Shown here in pieces: positions 52,366 through 64,000 of a stretch of 64,000 nt of DNA. The notes beneath the pieces are model-generated. The model saw only the letters and a list, made by a program, of their open reading frames with translations. It was not told the origin of the DNA and did not search any database. Position 1 is the stretch's first letter, and every line of letters starts with the position of its first letter. The position numbers were made by a program, and so were the translations under genes. The DNA lies in assembly GCF_963921235.1 (NCBI RefSeq), contig NC_086097.1, forward strand, positions 216,630,001 through 216,694,000, written 5' to 3'. This stretch comes from Mobula hypostoma (taxonomy: Eukaryota).

Positions 52366-52682
52366 GATGGCTATTTAGCAGTATTTCTTTTACTTCGGTA
52401 CATCAGATCATAAAGCATCTTATAGAAAACAATATCCTTTATCACACTCTTTCACAAGCATCAGCTCAGAAGAATGAAGAGAACAAGTTAGTAGGAAGTG
52501 CACAGGATGAGGTACAGAAAAGTACTCCAGGACAACAGAAGCAGACGCGGAATAGACTGATTGAATAAACTTTTATCCAGGAGGTGCATTCAAATCCTGG
52601 TACTGACTGCATTCAGACCTGCCCTAAATTTTAAAAAAAGTTTGTTTGTGAACATCTAACACTAAAGAATCCCCACTACTTA

Positions 52683-54262
52683 CAGTGCCAATAAAATTAT
52701 TCACCATCCCCCACCCCCGCCAGAAGTTTCCATGTTTTATTGTTTTACAACATTGAATCACAGTGGATTTAATTTGGTTTAAGTGAAAACAGATCTCTAC
52801 AAAGTGATCTAAATTAATTACAAACATAAAACACAATATAATTGATTGCATAAGTATTGACCCCCTTTAATATGGCACACTAAACCATCACTGGTGCAGC
52901 CAATTTGTTTTAAAAGTCTCATATTTAGTTAAATGGAGATCACCTGTGTGCAGTCAAGGTGTTTCAATTGATTGTAGTAAATATACTTGTTACTGGAAGC
53001 TTAAGCTGCTGGTGAGTCAGTATCCTGGCAAAAACTACAAATGTACATCATGAAGACAAAAGAATACTCCAAGCAACTCCATGAAACAGTTACTGTATTG
53101 AAAACCACAAGTCAGGAATTGATACAAGAAAATTTCCGAGTCACTGAATATCCCTTGGAGTACAGTTAAGTCAAGAAATAGAAAGAATATGGCACAGTTG
53201 TAAATATGTCTAGAGCAGGCGGTCCTCAAAATCTGAATGACCATGCATGGGGACTAGTAAGGGAGGCCATCAAGAGACCTATGTCAGCTCTGGAGGAGGT
53301 ACAAGCTTCAGTGGCTGAGATGGGAAGAGACTGCACATACAACTGTTGCCTGGGTACTTCACCAGTCACAGCTTTACGGGAGAGTGACAAACAGAAAGCC
53401 ACTGTTAAAAATAAAATTCACATGAAATCTCACCTAGAGTTTGCCAGAAAACATATGGGAGACTCTGAAGTCATCTGGAAGAAAGTTCTAAGGTCTGGTG
53501 AAACCAAAATTGAGCGTTTTGGCCATCAGACTAAATGGTATGTTTGGCTTAAGCCAGACACCACACATCATCAAAAACACACCATCCCTATCACGAAGCA
53601 TGGTGGTGACTGCATCGTGCTATGGGGATGCTTCACTGCTGCAGGACATAGAAGGCTTGTGAAGGTAGAGGGCAAAATGAATGCAGCCAAATACATGGAA
53701 ATCCTGGAGGAAAACCTGATTCAGTCTGCAACCTGGGAGAAGATCTGTTCTCCAGCAAGACTATGACCCCCAAGCACAAAGCCAAAGCTATACAGGAATG
53801 GCTTAAGAACAAAGTTAATGTCCTTGAGTGGCCAAGTCACAGACCAGACCTCAATCCAATTGAGAATTTGTGGCTGGATTTAAAAAGGGCAAAGGGCTGT
53901 TTACTCATTATCCCCATGTAATCTGACAGAGCCTGAGTACTTTTATAACGAAGAATGGGGAAAAATTGCAGTGTTCTGATGTAAAAAGCTAATAGAGACC
54001 TATCCACACAGACTCAAGGCTGTAAGTGCTGCCACATACTGACTAGAAGGGGTTGAGTAATAATGCAATCAATTATTTTGTGTTCAATAATTGCAATAGA
54101 TTTAGACCATTTTATAGAAATTTGTTTTCACTTTGACACACAAGTCTGTTGATCAGTGTCAAAAAAGCCAAATCAAATCCAGTGTGATTCAATATTGTAA
54201 AGCAATAAAACAAAAACTTTGTTGGGGGGGGGGAGGAGGCTGAATCCTTTTTATAGGCACTG
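52683..54262 (+). mobile_element. Full-length degenerate Tc1 transposon
   Basis: TA|CAGTGCC...GGCACTG|TA with long imperfect TIRs. Transposase motifs WKKVLRSGETK, KHGGDCIVLWGCF, QQDYDPKH and [15 protein letters not shown], frameshifted. Confidence 0.94.
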
Positions 54263-55089
54263 TATGCACTGGAAATGGTGGATTAAATTGAGATGCCCAT
54301 CAGAAGCATGAGAATGTAGGACAGTTTTACGATTCACAGTAGAATTTCTAACAGATAATCTGCATTGCATCAACACCTTGGCAGTCAGGGAAAGAACCTC
54401 AAACAAATACAGGTGGCTTCTCTAGAAATTTGTGCAACAATGAGAAATAGATATTCTGGTAAAGTACTTGTAATTGAAAACACAACATCTATGCTGTTAA
54501 GTTATGAAGAGGCAAACAGAAAAATATAGAAAGCAATGATTGTTGTCATTTCTAAAGTAAATCAAGTACTAACATGTGAAATTTAAAACGGGCATAATCT
54601 AGCTATAAACAAAGCATAGGGGCTCATCTAACCAAGGCAATATAACATACTTTCACCAAAACTGAGAATTATCTGAGACAAACATATCTACCACTACATC
54701 ACAACTGTAGAGTAAGCAGTCTCCTTGCAGAGAGGTTTGCTCATTCATTATGGTTTAAACTAATTTGGTAGGGATGGTTTCATAGTAGCAATGCAGTAGG
54801 TAGAGAAAAAAAATGTAGACAAGTGAGTAGGGCAAACAACAGGAGCAAGGGGTGGCTGAAAGATTCAAGTCATTTGAATCAGATGACCTTAAAGCATGTA
54901 TCAGCACATGGAATCACGATGTTACTACAATCAAGCAAATATGGGGAAGGGAAGGGCATAACTAACAGCTTAATATTCTGCTATACAATAGTTTCAGAAG
55001 GGAATGCAAAAAAAAGAGGGGTAGTTGCACGACTGATTAATGAGAACATACAGCACTACTTGGAGGATATCCAGGAGGGATTGCCTGAT

Positions 55090-55515
55090 GATTCAGAATC
55101 AACTTTATTATCACTGCCATATGTTGTAAATTTTGTTGTTTTGCAGCAGCAGTACAGTGCAAAACATTAAAAATTACCATAAATTACAATAGGATATATT
55201 AAGATAATAAATATAATGCAAAGAGGAAAATAGTGAGGTGGACCATTCAAAAGCTCTGATGGCAGAGAAAAGAAGCTGTTCCTAAAACACTGAGTGTGCG
55301 TCTTCAGGCTCCTGTACCACTATTTCATGATGATAATGAGAACTGGGCACATCCTGGATGGGGAGGGTCCTTAATGATGGATGCTACCTTCTTGAGGCAC
55401 CATCCTTTGAAGATGACCTCAATGGAGTGGAGGCCAGTGCCTCCATTATCAAGCTTTGATGCAACCAGTCACAATGCTCTCCACAGTATATCTGTAGAAA
55501 TTTGCAAGAGTTTTT
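55090..55515 (-). mobile_element. Rex1-like LINE 3' fragment
   Basis: Reverse tail ttcagaatcaactttattatc and C-terminal coding remnant as in the other copies. Confidence 0.75.
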
Positions 55516-55519
55516 GATA

Positions 55520-57075
55520 CAGTGGCATGCAAAAGTTTGGGTATCCCTGGTCAAAATTTCTGTCACTGTGAATAGTTAAGTGAGTAGAAGATGAACTGAT
55601 CTCCAAAAGTCATAAAGCTAAAGATGAAACATTCTTTTCAACATTTTAAGCAAGATTAGTGTATTATTTTACTTCACTTTATTGTCACCAAACAATTGAT
55701 ACTAGAACGTACAATCATCACAGTGATATTGGATTCTGCGCTTCCCACTCCCTGGATTACAAATATTAAACATTAAAAATAGTAAAAATTAGTAAATATT
55801 AAAAATTTAAATTATAAATGATAAATAGAAAATAGAAAAATGGAAAGTAAGGTAGTGCAAAAAAACCAAGAGGCAGGTCCGGATATTTGGAGGGTACGGC
55901 CCAGATCCGGGTCAGGATCCGTTCAGCAGTCTTATCACAGTTGGAAAGAAGCTATTCCCAAATCTGGCTGTACGAGTCTTCAAGCTCCTGAGCCTTCTCC
56001 CGGAGGGAAGAGGGATGAAAAATGTGTTGGCTGGGTGGGTCGTGTCCTTGATTACCTGGCAGCACTGCTCCAACAGTGTGTGGTGTAAAGTGAGTCCAAG
56101 GACGGAAGATTGGTTTGTGTGATGTGTTGCGCCGTGTTCACAATCTTCTGCAGCTTCTTTCGGTCTTGGACAGGACAACTGCCATACCAGGTGCATCCAT
56201 AAAAATTAGTGAGGGTTTTAGAGGACAGGCCAAATTTCGTTAGTTTTCTTAGGAAGTAAAGGCGCTGGTGGGCCTTCTTGGCAGTGAACTCTGCTTGGTT
56301 GGATCAAGTCAGATCATTTGTGATATTGACCCCGAGGAACTTAAAGCTTTTGACCTATTCCACTTGCACACCACCGATGTAAATTGGGTCATGCGGTCCG
56401 CTACTCCTTCTGAAGTCAACAACCAATTCCTTCGTCTTGCTGATGTTGATGTCTTCACACCATGCGACCAGGTTCTTAATTTCCTCTCTGTACTCAAACT
56501 CATCATTACCCAAGATACGGCCTACAATTGTTGGGTCATCAGAAACTTATATATTGAGTTTGATGGAAACTTGGCTACACAATCATGGGTGTACAGTGAG
56601 TACAGCAGGGGGCTGAGTACAGCCTTGTGGGGCTCCGGTACTCAGGGTGACTGTAGAGGAGAGCTTATCCTATTTTACAGCCTGGGGCCTGTTTTGTACA
56701 ATTTTAGAGTGAAAAAAAGGAAAGGAGCACCATGCAAAAGTTTGGGCGCCCCAAGAGATTTGAGCTCTCAGAGAACTTTTACCAAGGTCTCAGACCTTAA
56801 TTAGCTTGTCAGGGCTATGGCTTGTTCACAATCATCATTAGGAAAGGCCAGGTGATGCAAATTTCAAAGGTCTATAAACACCCTGACTCCTCAAACCTTG
56901 TCCCAACAATCAGCAGCCATGGGCTCCTCTAAGCAGCTGCCTAGTGCTCCGAAAATTTTTTTAAAAATTGATGCCCACAAAGCAGGAGAAGGCTAAAAGA
57001 AGATAGCAAAGTGTTTTCAGGTAGCCGTTTCCTCAGTTCGTAATGTAATTAAGAAATGGCAGTTAACAGGAACAA
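55520..57075 (+). mobile_element. 5' half of a Tc1 element interrupted by Rex1
   Basis: TA|CAGTGGCATGCAAAAGTTTGGG with an inner repeat catgcaaaagtttggg at ~56730. Transposase start MGSSKQLP at ~56919, truncated. Confidence 0.8.
55671..56670 (-). mobile_element. Rex1/Babar LINE 3' fragment (different subfamily) nested in Tc1
   Basis: Minus strand KFLMTQ/ADD region, FKFLGVNI and IKDTTHPANTFFIPLPSGRRLRSLKTRTARFGNSFFP. Confidence 0.88.
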
Positions 57076-57344
57076 TGTCTAATCAGATGATGTCTCTCCA
57101 AATCCTCATAAATCCTGCCTCTCAGGATCTTCTCCAACAACTTGACCACCACTGAAGTCAAAATCACTGGTCTATAATTTCCTGGGTTATCTCTACTCCC
57201 TTTCTTGAACAAGGGAACAACATCTGCATTTAACTGAGTGTTTCAAGAGGTAACTAAAAATGATAAAGCCAAAGTAGTAGATAGGTAGTGCCAAAATGGA
57301 CCGGAGTAAGGCATTTGACAAAGCCTCAGAAGGAATACTAGTTA

Positions 57345-57822
57345 GTCATAGAATCAGAGAACACTGCAACACAGGAACAGGCCCTTCAGACCATCTAATC
57401 CATGCCGATCCATTAATCTGACTAGTCCCATCCACCTGCACCTGGACCATACCCCTCCCATCCATGTACCTATTAAAATTTCTCTTAAATGGTGAAATTG
57501 ACCCTGCATCCACCACTTGCTCTGGCAGCTTGTTCCACACCCTCACATCCCTGAATGAAGTTTCCCCTCATATTCCTCTTCAACATTTTATCTTGTAACC
57601 TTAACCCATGACCTCTAGTTCCAGTCTCACCCAAATACAGTGGAAAAAGGGGTGTTTACCCTATCTATACCTCTCATAATTTTGTATACCTGTATCAAAT
57701 CACCCCACCCCTCAATTCTTTTATGCACTAGTGAATACACTCCTGACCTATTCAACCTTTCTTATAATTCAGGTCAAGTCATGGCAACACTCTTGTAAAT
57801 TTTCTCTGCATTCTTTCAATCT
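57345..57822 (-). mobile_element. Diverged CR1 3' end
   Basis: ORF 57346..57546(-) has VWNKLPEQVVDAGSI..FKR. Confidence 0.85.
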
Positions 57823-57829
57823 TATTTAA

Positions 57830-59483
57830 AACTCTCCTGCAGGTAGGTTGTAGTGATGACTTGCAGCAGACTGAAAAGCTTGAGCATGTAGATATTAAGA
57901 AAGGATGTTCTGGAGCTTTTGGAAAGCATCAAGTTGGATAAGTCGCCGGGACCAGATAACATGTACTCCAGGCTACTGTGGGAGGTGAGGGAAGAGATTA
58001 CTGAGCCTCTGGTGATGATCTTTGAATCATCAATGGGGATGGGAGAGGTTCCAGAGGATTGGAGGGTTGCGGATATTGTTCCTTTATTCAAGAAAAGGAG
58101 TAGAGATAGCCCAGGAAATTATAGATCAGTGAGTCTTACCTCAGTGATAGGTAAGTTGATGGAGACGATCCTGAGAGGCAGGATTTATGAACATTTGGAG
58201 AAGTATAATATGATCAGGGATAGTCAGCATGGCTTTGTCAAGGACAGGTCATGCCTTACGAGCCTGATTGAATTTTTTGAGGATGTGATTAAACATATTG
58301 ATGAAGGAAGAGCAGTAGATGTAGTGTATATGGATTTCAATAAGGCATTTGATAAGGCTTATTGAGAAAGTAAGGAGGCATGGGATCCAAGGGGACATTG
58401 CTTTGTGGATCCAGAACTGGCTTGCCCACAGAAGGCAAAGAGTGTTGTAGATGGGTCGTATTCTGCATGGAGGTCGGTCACCAGTGGTGTGCCTCAGGGA
58501 TCTGTTCTGGGACCCTTACTCTTCGTGATTTTTATAAATGACCTGGATGAGGAAGTGGAGGGATGGGTTAGTAAATTTGCTGATGACACAAAGGTTGGAG
58601 GTGTTGTGGATAGTGTGGAGGGCTGTCAGAGGTTACAGCAGGACATTGACAGGATGCAAAACTGGGCTGAGAAGTGGCAGATGGAGTTCAACCCAGATAA
58701 GTGTAAGGTGGTTCATTTTGGTAGGTCAAATATGATGGCAGAATATAGTATTAATGGTAAGACTCTTGGCAGTGTGGAGGATCAGAGGGATCTTGGGGTC
58801 TGAGTCCATAGGACACTCAAAGCAGCTGCGCAGGTTGACTCTGTGGTTAAGAAGGTGTACGGTGCATTGGCCTTTATCAATCGTGGAATTGAATTTAGGA
58901 GCCGAGAGGTAATGTTGCAGCTATATAGGACCCTGGACAGACCCCACTTGGAGTACTGTGCTCAATTCTGGTCGCCTCACTACAGGAAGGATGTGGAAGC
59001 CATAGAAAGGGCACAGAGGAGATTTACAAGGACGTTACCTGGATTGGGAAGCATGCCTTATAAGAATAGGCTGAGTGAACACAGCCTTTTCTCCTTAGAG
59101 CGACTGAGGATGAGAGCTGACCTGATAGAGGTGTATAAGATAATGAGAGGCATTGATCGTGTGGATAGTCAGAGGCTTTTTCCCAGGGCTGGAATGGTTG
59201 CCACAAGAGGACACAGGTTTAAGGTGCTGGGGAGTAGGTACAGAGGAGATGTCAGGGGTAAGTATTTTACTCAGAGAGTGGTGGGTGCGTGGAATGGGCT
59301 GCCGGCAACGGTGGTGGAGGTGGTACACTAGGGTCTTTTAAGAGACTTTTGGATAGGTACATGGAGCTTAGAAAAATAGAGGGCTATAGGTAAGCCTAGT
59401 AATTTCTAAGGTAGGGACATGTTCGGCACAACTTTGTGGGCCAAAGGGCCTGTATTGTGCTGTAGGTTTTCTATGTTTCTATG
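57830..59483 (+). mobile_element. Relatively young 5'-truncated CR1 LINE (RT and C-terminus)
   Basis: ORFs 57919-58365, 58405-58803 and 58843-59331 have KSPGPD, NYRSVSLTS, MDFNKAFD, GVPQGSVLGP and KFADD; ttctatgtttctatg tail. Confidence 0.95.
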
Positions 59484-59915
59484 AATAAAAAGTCAAATCA
59501 TTTCAGACCAAGACCCTTCATCATCCTGCACAAAGAATAATGACTCTAGATGTCAGTGTAATTAAGCAGCAAAATCTGGACGACATTCATCCTCAAACCG
59601 ATAATTGACAAGCACAAGCAATGGAACACAAGGACTGTGGCTGATTTTGTGGACAGAGAGGAAAGGAGGAGGAAGAGGGGAATCATGGCTCAGAAAAGGG
59701 GAAGGGAGCGGGAAGCACCAGAGATATTCTGTAATGATCAATAAGCCAAATGTTTGGAATCAAATGACTTTGCCTGGTGTCTCAGGGCTGGCTAGGTCTT
59801 CACCCAAGTAACCCACGGCCTTGGCACCACTCCTCTGCCACCTGTCCCACCCACAGCACTCCACCCTCAGTATTTCCAACATCCTTTGTTCCCACCAGAT
59901 TTACAGATTGGCAAA

Positions 59916-59972
59916 TACTGTGCAAAAATCTTAGGCACCCCAGCAAAATGTGCCTAAGACTTTTGCACAGTA
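59916..59972. repeat. 57-bp palindrome resembling a collapsed pair of Tc1-type TIRs
   Basis: TACTGTGCAAAAATCTTAGGCAC-11 nt-GTGCCTAAGACTTTTGCACAGTA, 22 of 23 positions paired. Confidence 0.8.
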
Positions 59973-61252
59973 CCATAGGAGCAGAATTAGGTAATTTGGC
60001 CCATTGAGTCTGCTCAACTATCCCATCATGGCTGATTTATAATCCCTCTCACCCCCATTCTTGGGCCTTCACCCCGTAACTTTGACTTCCTGACTAATCT
60101 GACTCATCAAGAACTTACCAACCGCTACCTTAAATATATCCAATTTCCTCTAGCATTCACAGATTCATCAAGTTCAACCTCAAGTAATCTCATCAACATC
60201 ACTGGAATGGAGAATTGGAAAGATATGCCAGCTCGGTTCAAAAGTTTTGACACCTCTTCCATCACCAACCACCACCCCCCCCCCCAGAACATCCTACAAC
60301 TCTGGACTCTCAATCAATGGGAAACAGCCACTCAGAGGAAACAAGCACTCAATATTTATTCTGTCACTCTTAGAATGCCTTTCCATGAGCTCACATCTTA
60401 TTCTTCTAAATCAAGGGAATATTGGTGAACTTGCTACAATCGTTTTTCTTAAGTTAAACCCACATCCCAGAAATCAAACTAATAATTTTGTAGTGAATTC
60501 AAGACCAATGTATGCTTCTTCACAAACAGAGAGTAGTTTTGAACAGTATACTAGTTCACCAGAACCCAGTACATCACGTGGGAGTTCCTTGTCTTTTGTA
60601 GTCAAATCCTTTTGTAATAAAGATCAAAACAATAATGGGAGAACAACTGTCATTCCCTGGACCTGTTCCAAGATTTACAGCAAAAATCCAAAATAAATAC
60701 TGTATTGGAAATTATGTTATTGTCCCTGGTATGGAAATTTCTGGGGTGATAAAATATGGAACCGATCAATATACCCGCAAAAATGTGGTATTTCCTAGGT
60801 TCTCCCATAAAGACACACTGGCCGAGCCACTGTAAAATACTAGTATACATGCAGGTGGTAGGAGAATTAAGGTGGAGTTGATGACTATGGAAAAGAAAGT
60901 AAGTTTTGGAAAAAAATAAACAAGATTGATACACTGACACAAAAAGCCAATCAGCCAACCAAATCTACATCTTAAATGTCATAAGCAGCTCACATCCATG
61001 AACGGTCAATAGCTTAATAATTAATGAAACTTTTGGGATATTGTTACTTAGATAATAGCATTCTCTTTTTTCTTAAAACAGCTGACCAACTATTGCAACT
61101 TCATGTCAGTGGAGTCCAGCCTAACCAATAACCTTTCTCAGAAGAGGCAAAAAGTTGGTCTTGACTTTGTACCACTGCACAACTTCCACTTTTTACCTTC
61201 AGTGGAGTTGCAGGTGAAAACAACAGAATCTGCCTTCTACTCAACTTTCCGG

Positions 61253-62043
61253 TCAAGATGGCACCAAGCATATAACACTCCCTCAGTCAACATCTTCCAA
61301 ATAGCTCACAGAAGTCTTTTTTCACTTTTACATTTGTGTTTCACCTTAAATGTGTTTCTGGGACTATCAGAACCTGTGATTTACAGTTTAAAGATCATTT
61401 GAGTGATCCAGCACTTTACTGTCTCCGAAAAGATTCCGGGAAGAGCGCATACCTGGACGGCCTCTACAGAAAGAAACTTCAAGTTGGGGAGTGAGCCAAC
61501 GTTTGACTCCACTTCACTGGTTAAAGCATCCATTAATCACCAATTAAAGCATCAAGGAAGCTTGAGACAGACGAATATGGAAGGCAAGTGAGAGTTCAGC
61601 GCAGACTGCCTTCCTTTTGTTTGCTGCCAGAAAAGGAGTCAGTGAGCGGCCTATCGCTGTGTGGCTCACTGAGGCAGGCAGGTAGGGCTCTCTAGCTCAT
61701 GTGGTGTCCCCCTCTTTCAATGAATGCCAGTAAGATCGTAGGATGATATCGTAGTTCTGTGTTTATGAATTGGACTACTGAGTTTACGGTCTGTGGACTT
61801 TTTCCAGACTTGTGGTTTTTATATTGTATTTTTTTTAATATTAAAATCACCTGTTCCTTTTCAGTTTTGTTGTGCAAGGGGAGGGATTTTGGGGGTTGAT
61901 GTTCTATTGTGTTCTGTTAGTTTTTTTGGGGGGGTGTCAATGTTCCTATTCCATTTTGTACTGAGGGAGGGGGTTTTATCTGGAGAAGACAAATTTTAGA
62001 GTTGTATATTGATACATGCTTTGATAATAAATGAACCTTTGAA
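61253..62043 (+). repeat. Unclassified SINE-like element
   Basis: Starts tcaagatggc and ends aataaatgaacctttgaa. The 3' part resembles ~14150-14380 and has the same architecture as 48434-50942. Confidence 0.55.
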
Positions 62044-62498
62044 GAGTATTCTGCTTTTATAACTACAGAAGATATCAACCATCTTACTGGAATCCATCTG
62101 AAGAATGAGTGGAGGCAGGTGATTGCAACACATGAGAAAAATACCCATGTTCCTTGCACTGAGGTAATGAAGTTTATAATTCTTTATTTTCTCTCAACAA
62201 CGTTTAGGTTTTAGCCAAAACTAAATTCACAATACAATTTTGCAGTATGGATGGATTTGATGACAGGTTGGAAAAGTCGCATTGTTGAGTGGGATAGCCT
62301 GTCAGATTATGCAGCTGTGGACAATTCTGGTTGGGCAACAAATGCCAATCTTCAAAACTAAACTATAAAGATGGTATAAAAATATTTGCAATTTTTATGC
62401 TGCCCTGAATAACATATCTGTTGATTCAGAGTTTCAATAATGATTCATTTTGTTTCCTTATATTTCAACAGAAAATGAAGTATTGATGCAGCACTTAC

Positions 62499-62531
62499 GT
62501 CAACTTGAAGAGATGAAACCAAAGTTCCCAT
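62499..62531 (-). CDS. Candidate alternative first coding exon of PDE7A (MGTLVSSLQVD), speculative
   Basis: gagaagATGG context, 11 codons, phase-0 donor GAC|gtaagt compatible with the exon at 46531, and an in-frame TAA 8 codons upstream. No transcript evidence. Confidence 0.3.
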
Positions 62532-63324
62532 CTTCTCCAAGATGTATGATTTTTATAAAGAACCTAATGCCACTACTTCAAAAGAAAAATCTTCTTCTTG
62601 AAAATTCTAATCTTTCAACCAGCTGCAACTGTGCTGCAGCAGATTTTTGTAGGAATTTGCAACATGCAAAAATCACTTGTTGCCTTTGTATTCCCACTCA
62701 ACCTTCAGCTTCCACATCCATCTTCACCCTCCCATACCCCACCTGGCTTCATCTGCCCCTCCCACCTTTTCCCCTTGCTGCTTCTAGCCATCACACATGT
62801 GCCCGCCTCCCCAACTCCATCATCCTTAAACCCTCCTTGGTGCACCCATCGCCTACCAGCTCACATCTCACCCCTCCACCTCTCCTCTTTATACTGGCTA
62901 ACTTCTCTCTCCACTCTCAATCATGATGGAGGTTATTGATCCAAAACATCAGCAATTCCTTTCACCCCCACAAAGGCCACTTAAACACTGAGTTCCTCCA
63001 GCAGTTTTCTGGGAAAAAAAAACAACTACCATGTTAAAAACATATACAGAAAAAGTCCAGTAACCAATCATGATCAGGACTTGGATGACAGATGTGTCAG
63101 ATTATCTGGTCTATTGAATATTATTTCCAGTAATATTCCAAACACTTAAAAAATTGACTTACTCAAAATTATTACTAAAATAAATGTAATTATATTTAAA
63201 TATAATATACTGCGCAGTATACAGTAATTTGGCTGTATTCAAGTCATAAATTCAACAGAAATCCTACTTCCTGGATAAAGAAGTTGTGGATTTACATTAC
63301 TGATGATATTCTCCTTCTCCATTA

Positions 63325-64000
63325 CAGGTTTCCCCTACTATCCGAAGGTAGAGCGTTCCTATGAAACAGTTCATAAGCCGGAATGTCGTAAAGTGAATAA
63401 GCAATTACCATTTATTAATATGGGAAAAATTATTGAGTGTTCCCAGACCCAAAAAGTAACCTACAAAATCATGCCAAATAACACAGAAATCCTAAAATAA
63501 CAGTAACATATAGTAAAAGCAGGAATGATATGTTAAATACACAGCCTATATAAAGTAGAAATACTTTTCTGCAGCACTGTCTAGTGCAGCGAAAATCTCG
63601 CATAAGCACTCTCGGCAAAAACACTCTCTCCAGTAACCTTTAAGCTATGAAGCTGCCAAATCATACCAAATAACACATAAAAACACACAGCCGATATAAA
63701 GTAGAAATAATGTATGTACAGTGTAGTTTCACTTACCAGAATCGGGAAGGCTCCAATAAATTGCAGTTTCGTCAGTTAAACACTTGCTCATATGAATAAC
63801 CACCTGACGCAATCGGCAATCGCCTCTGATCTGGGCCGACATTTATGTGCCGGGTGGCACCTAATTAATTAGCTTGTTTATTTTGGCTTTTTTCTTAAAG
63901 GTGTGCTAGGTGCATTCCGACTACCGCTGCACCACTGCATTCTTCGCGGCAATGTATCGGTCAGCGGCCCGGAGGTTAGGGACCATTGCTTAAACTATGA
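63325..64000 (-). mobile_element. Internally deleted derivative of the Tigger family at 36678-39208, running off the window
   Basis: TA|CAGGTTTCCCC start is collinear with 36678-37215, then jumps at ~63750 to the FNCDET-coding segment (compare 38420-38475). Confidence 0.85.

Noticed and set aside
36678..54262. Domesticated or active transposases (Tigger, hAT, Tc1)
   Set aside because: All carry stops, frameshifts, deletions or altered catalytic residues.
62472..62543. Plus-strand exon-like segment (ENEVLMQHLRQLEEMKPKFPSSPR) after a polypyrimidine tract and AG
   Set aside because: Weak donor (T|gtatga), no recognisable protein and no partner exons. The rest of ORF 62450-62926 runs into old PLE-like sequence.
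1..64000. Prokaryotic-style systems (operons, CRISPR arrays, retrons, defence islands)
   Set aside because: Spliceosomal exons and vertebrate transposons throughout. There are no regularly spaced repeat-spacer arrays, and all RT fragments are CR1, Rex1 or PLE.
46532..64000. Canonical PDE7A1 first exon (MEVCYQLPVLP...) or a CpG-island promoter
   Set aside because: Not found; presumably beyond position 64000.

Overview
Eukaryotic, AT-rich, repeat-dense genomic DNA, most likely from a cartilaginous fish (ray/shark). This is inferred from the CR1, V-SINE, Rex1 and Penelope repertoire, not proven. The only host gene I can support is a minus-strand cAMP phosphodiesterase, PDE7A. Six GT-AG coding exons (61, 84, 152, 64, 96 and 101 nt, from 46531 down to 375) splice in frame into 186 aa, RRGAISYESSDQ...[22 protein letters not shown]. 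The canonical first exon and the 3' exons lie outside the window. Most intronic DNA is decayed, often nested, transposons: CR1 and Rex1/Babar LINEs, Penelope-like elements (PLEs), Tc1, Tigger/pogo, hAT, a Chapaev3-type element, a Helitron remnant and SINEs. The most notable structure is a set of short, TSD-flanked PLE insertions. Five are fold-back elements, and most carry a minimal type I hammerhead-ribozyme motif in each arm. Also notable are a Rex1 LINE with a clean 5' inversion, a four-level nested insertion and two candidate alternative first exons of PDE7A. Repeat family names come from motif recognition only; no database search was run.
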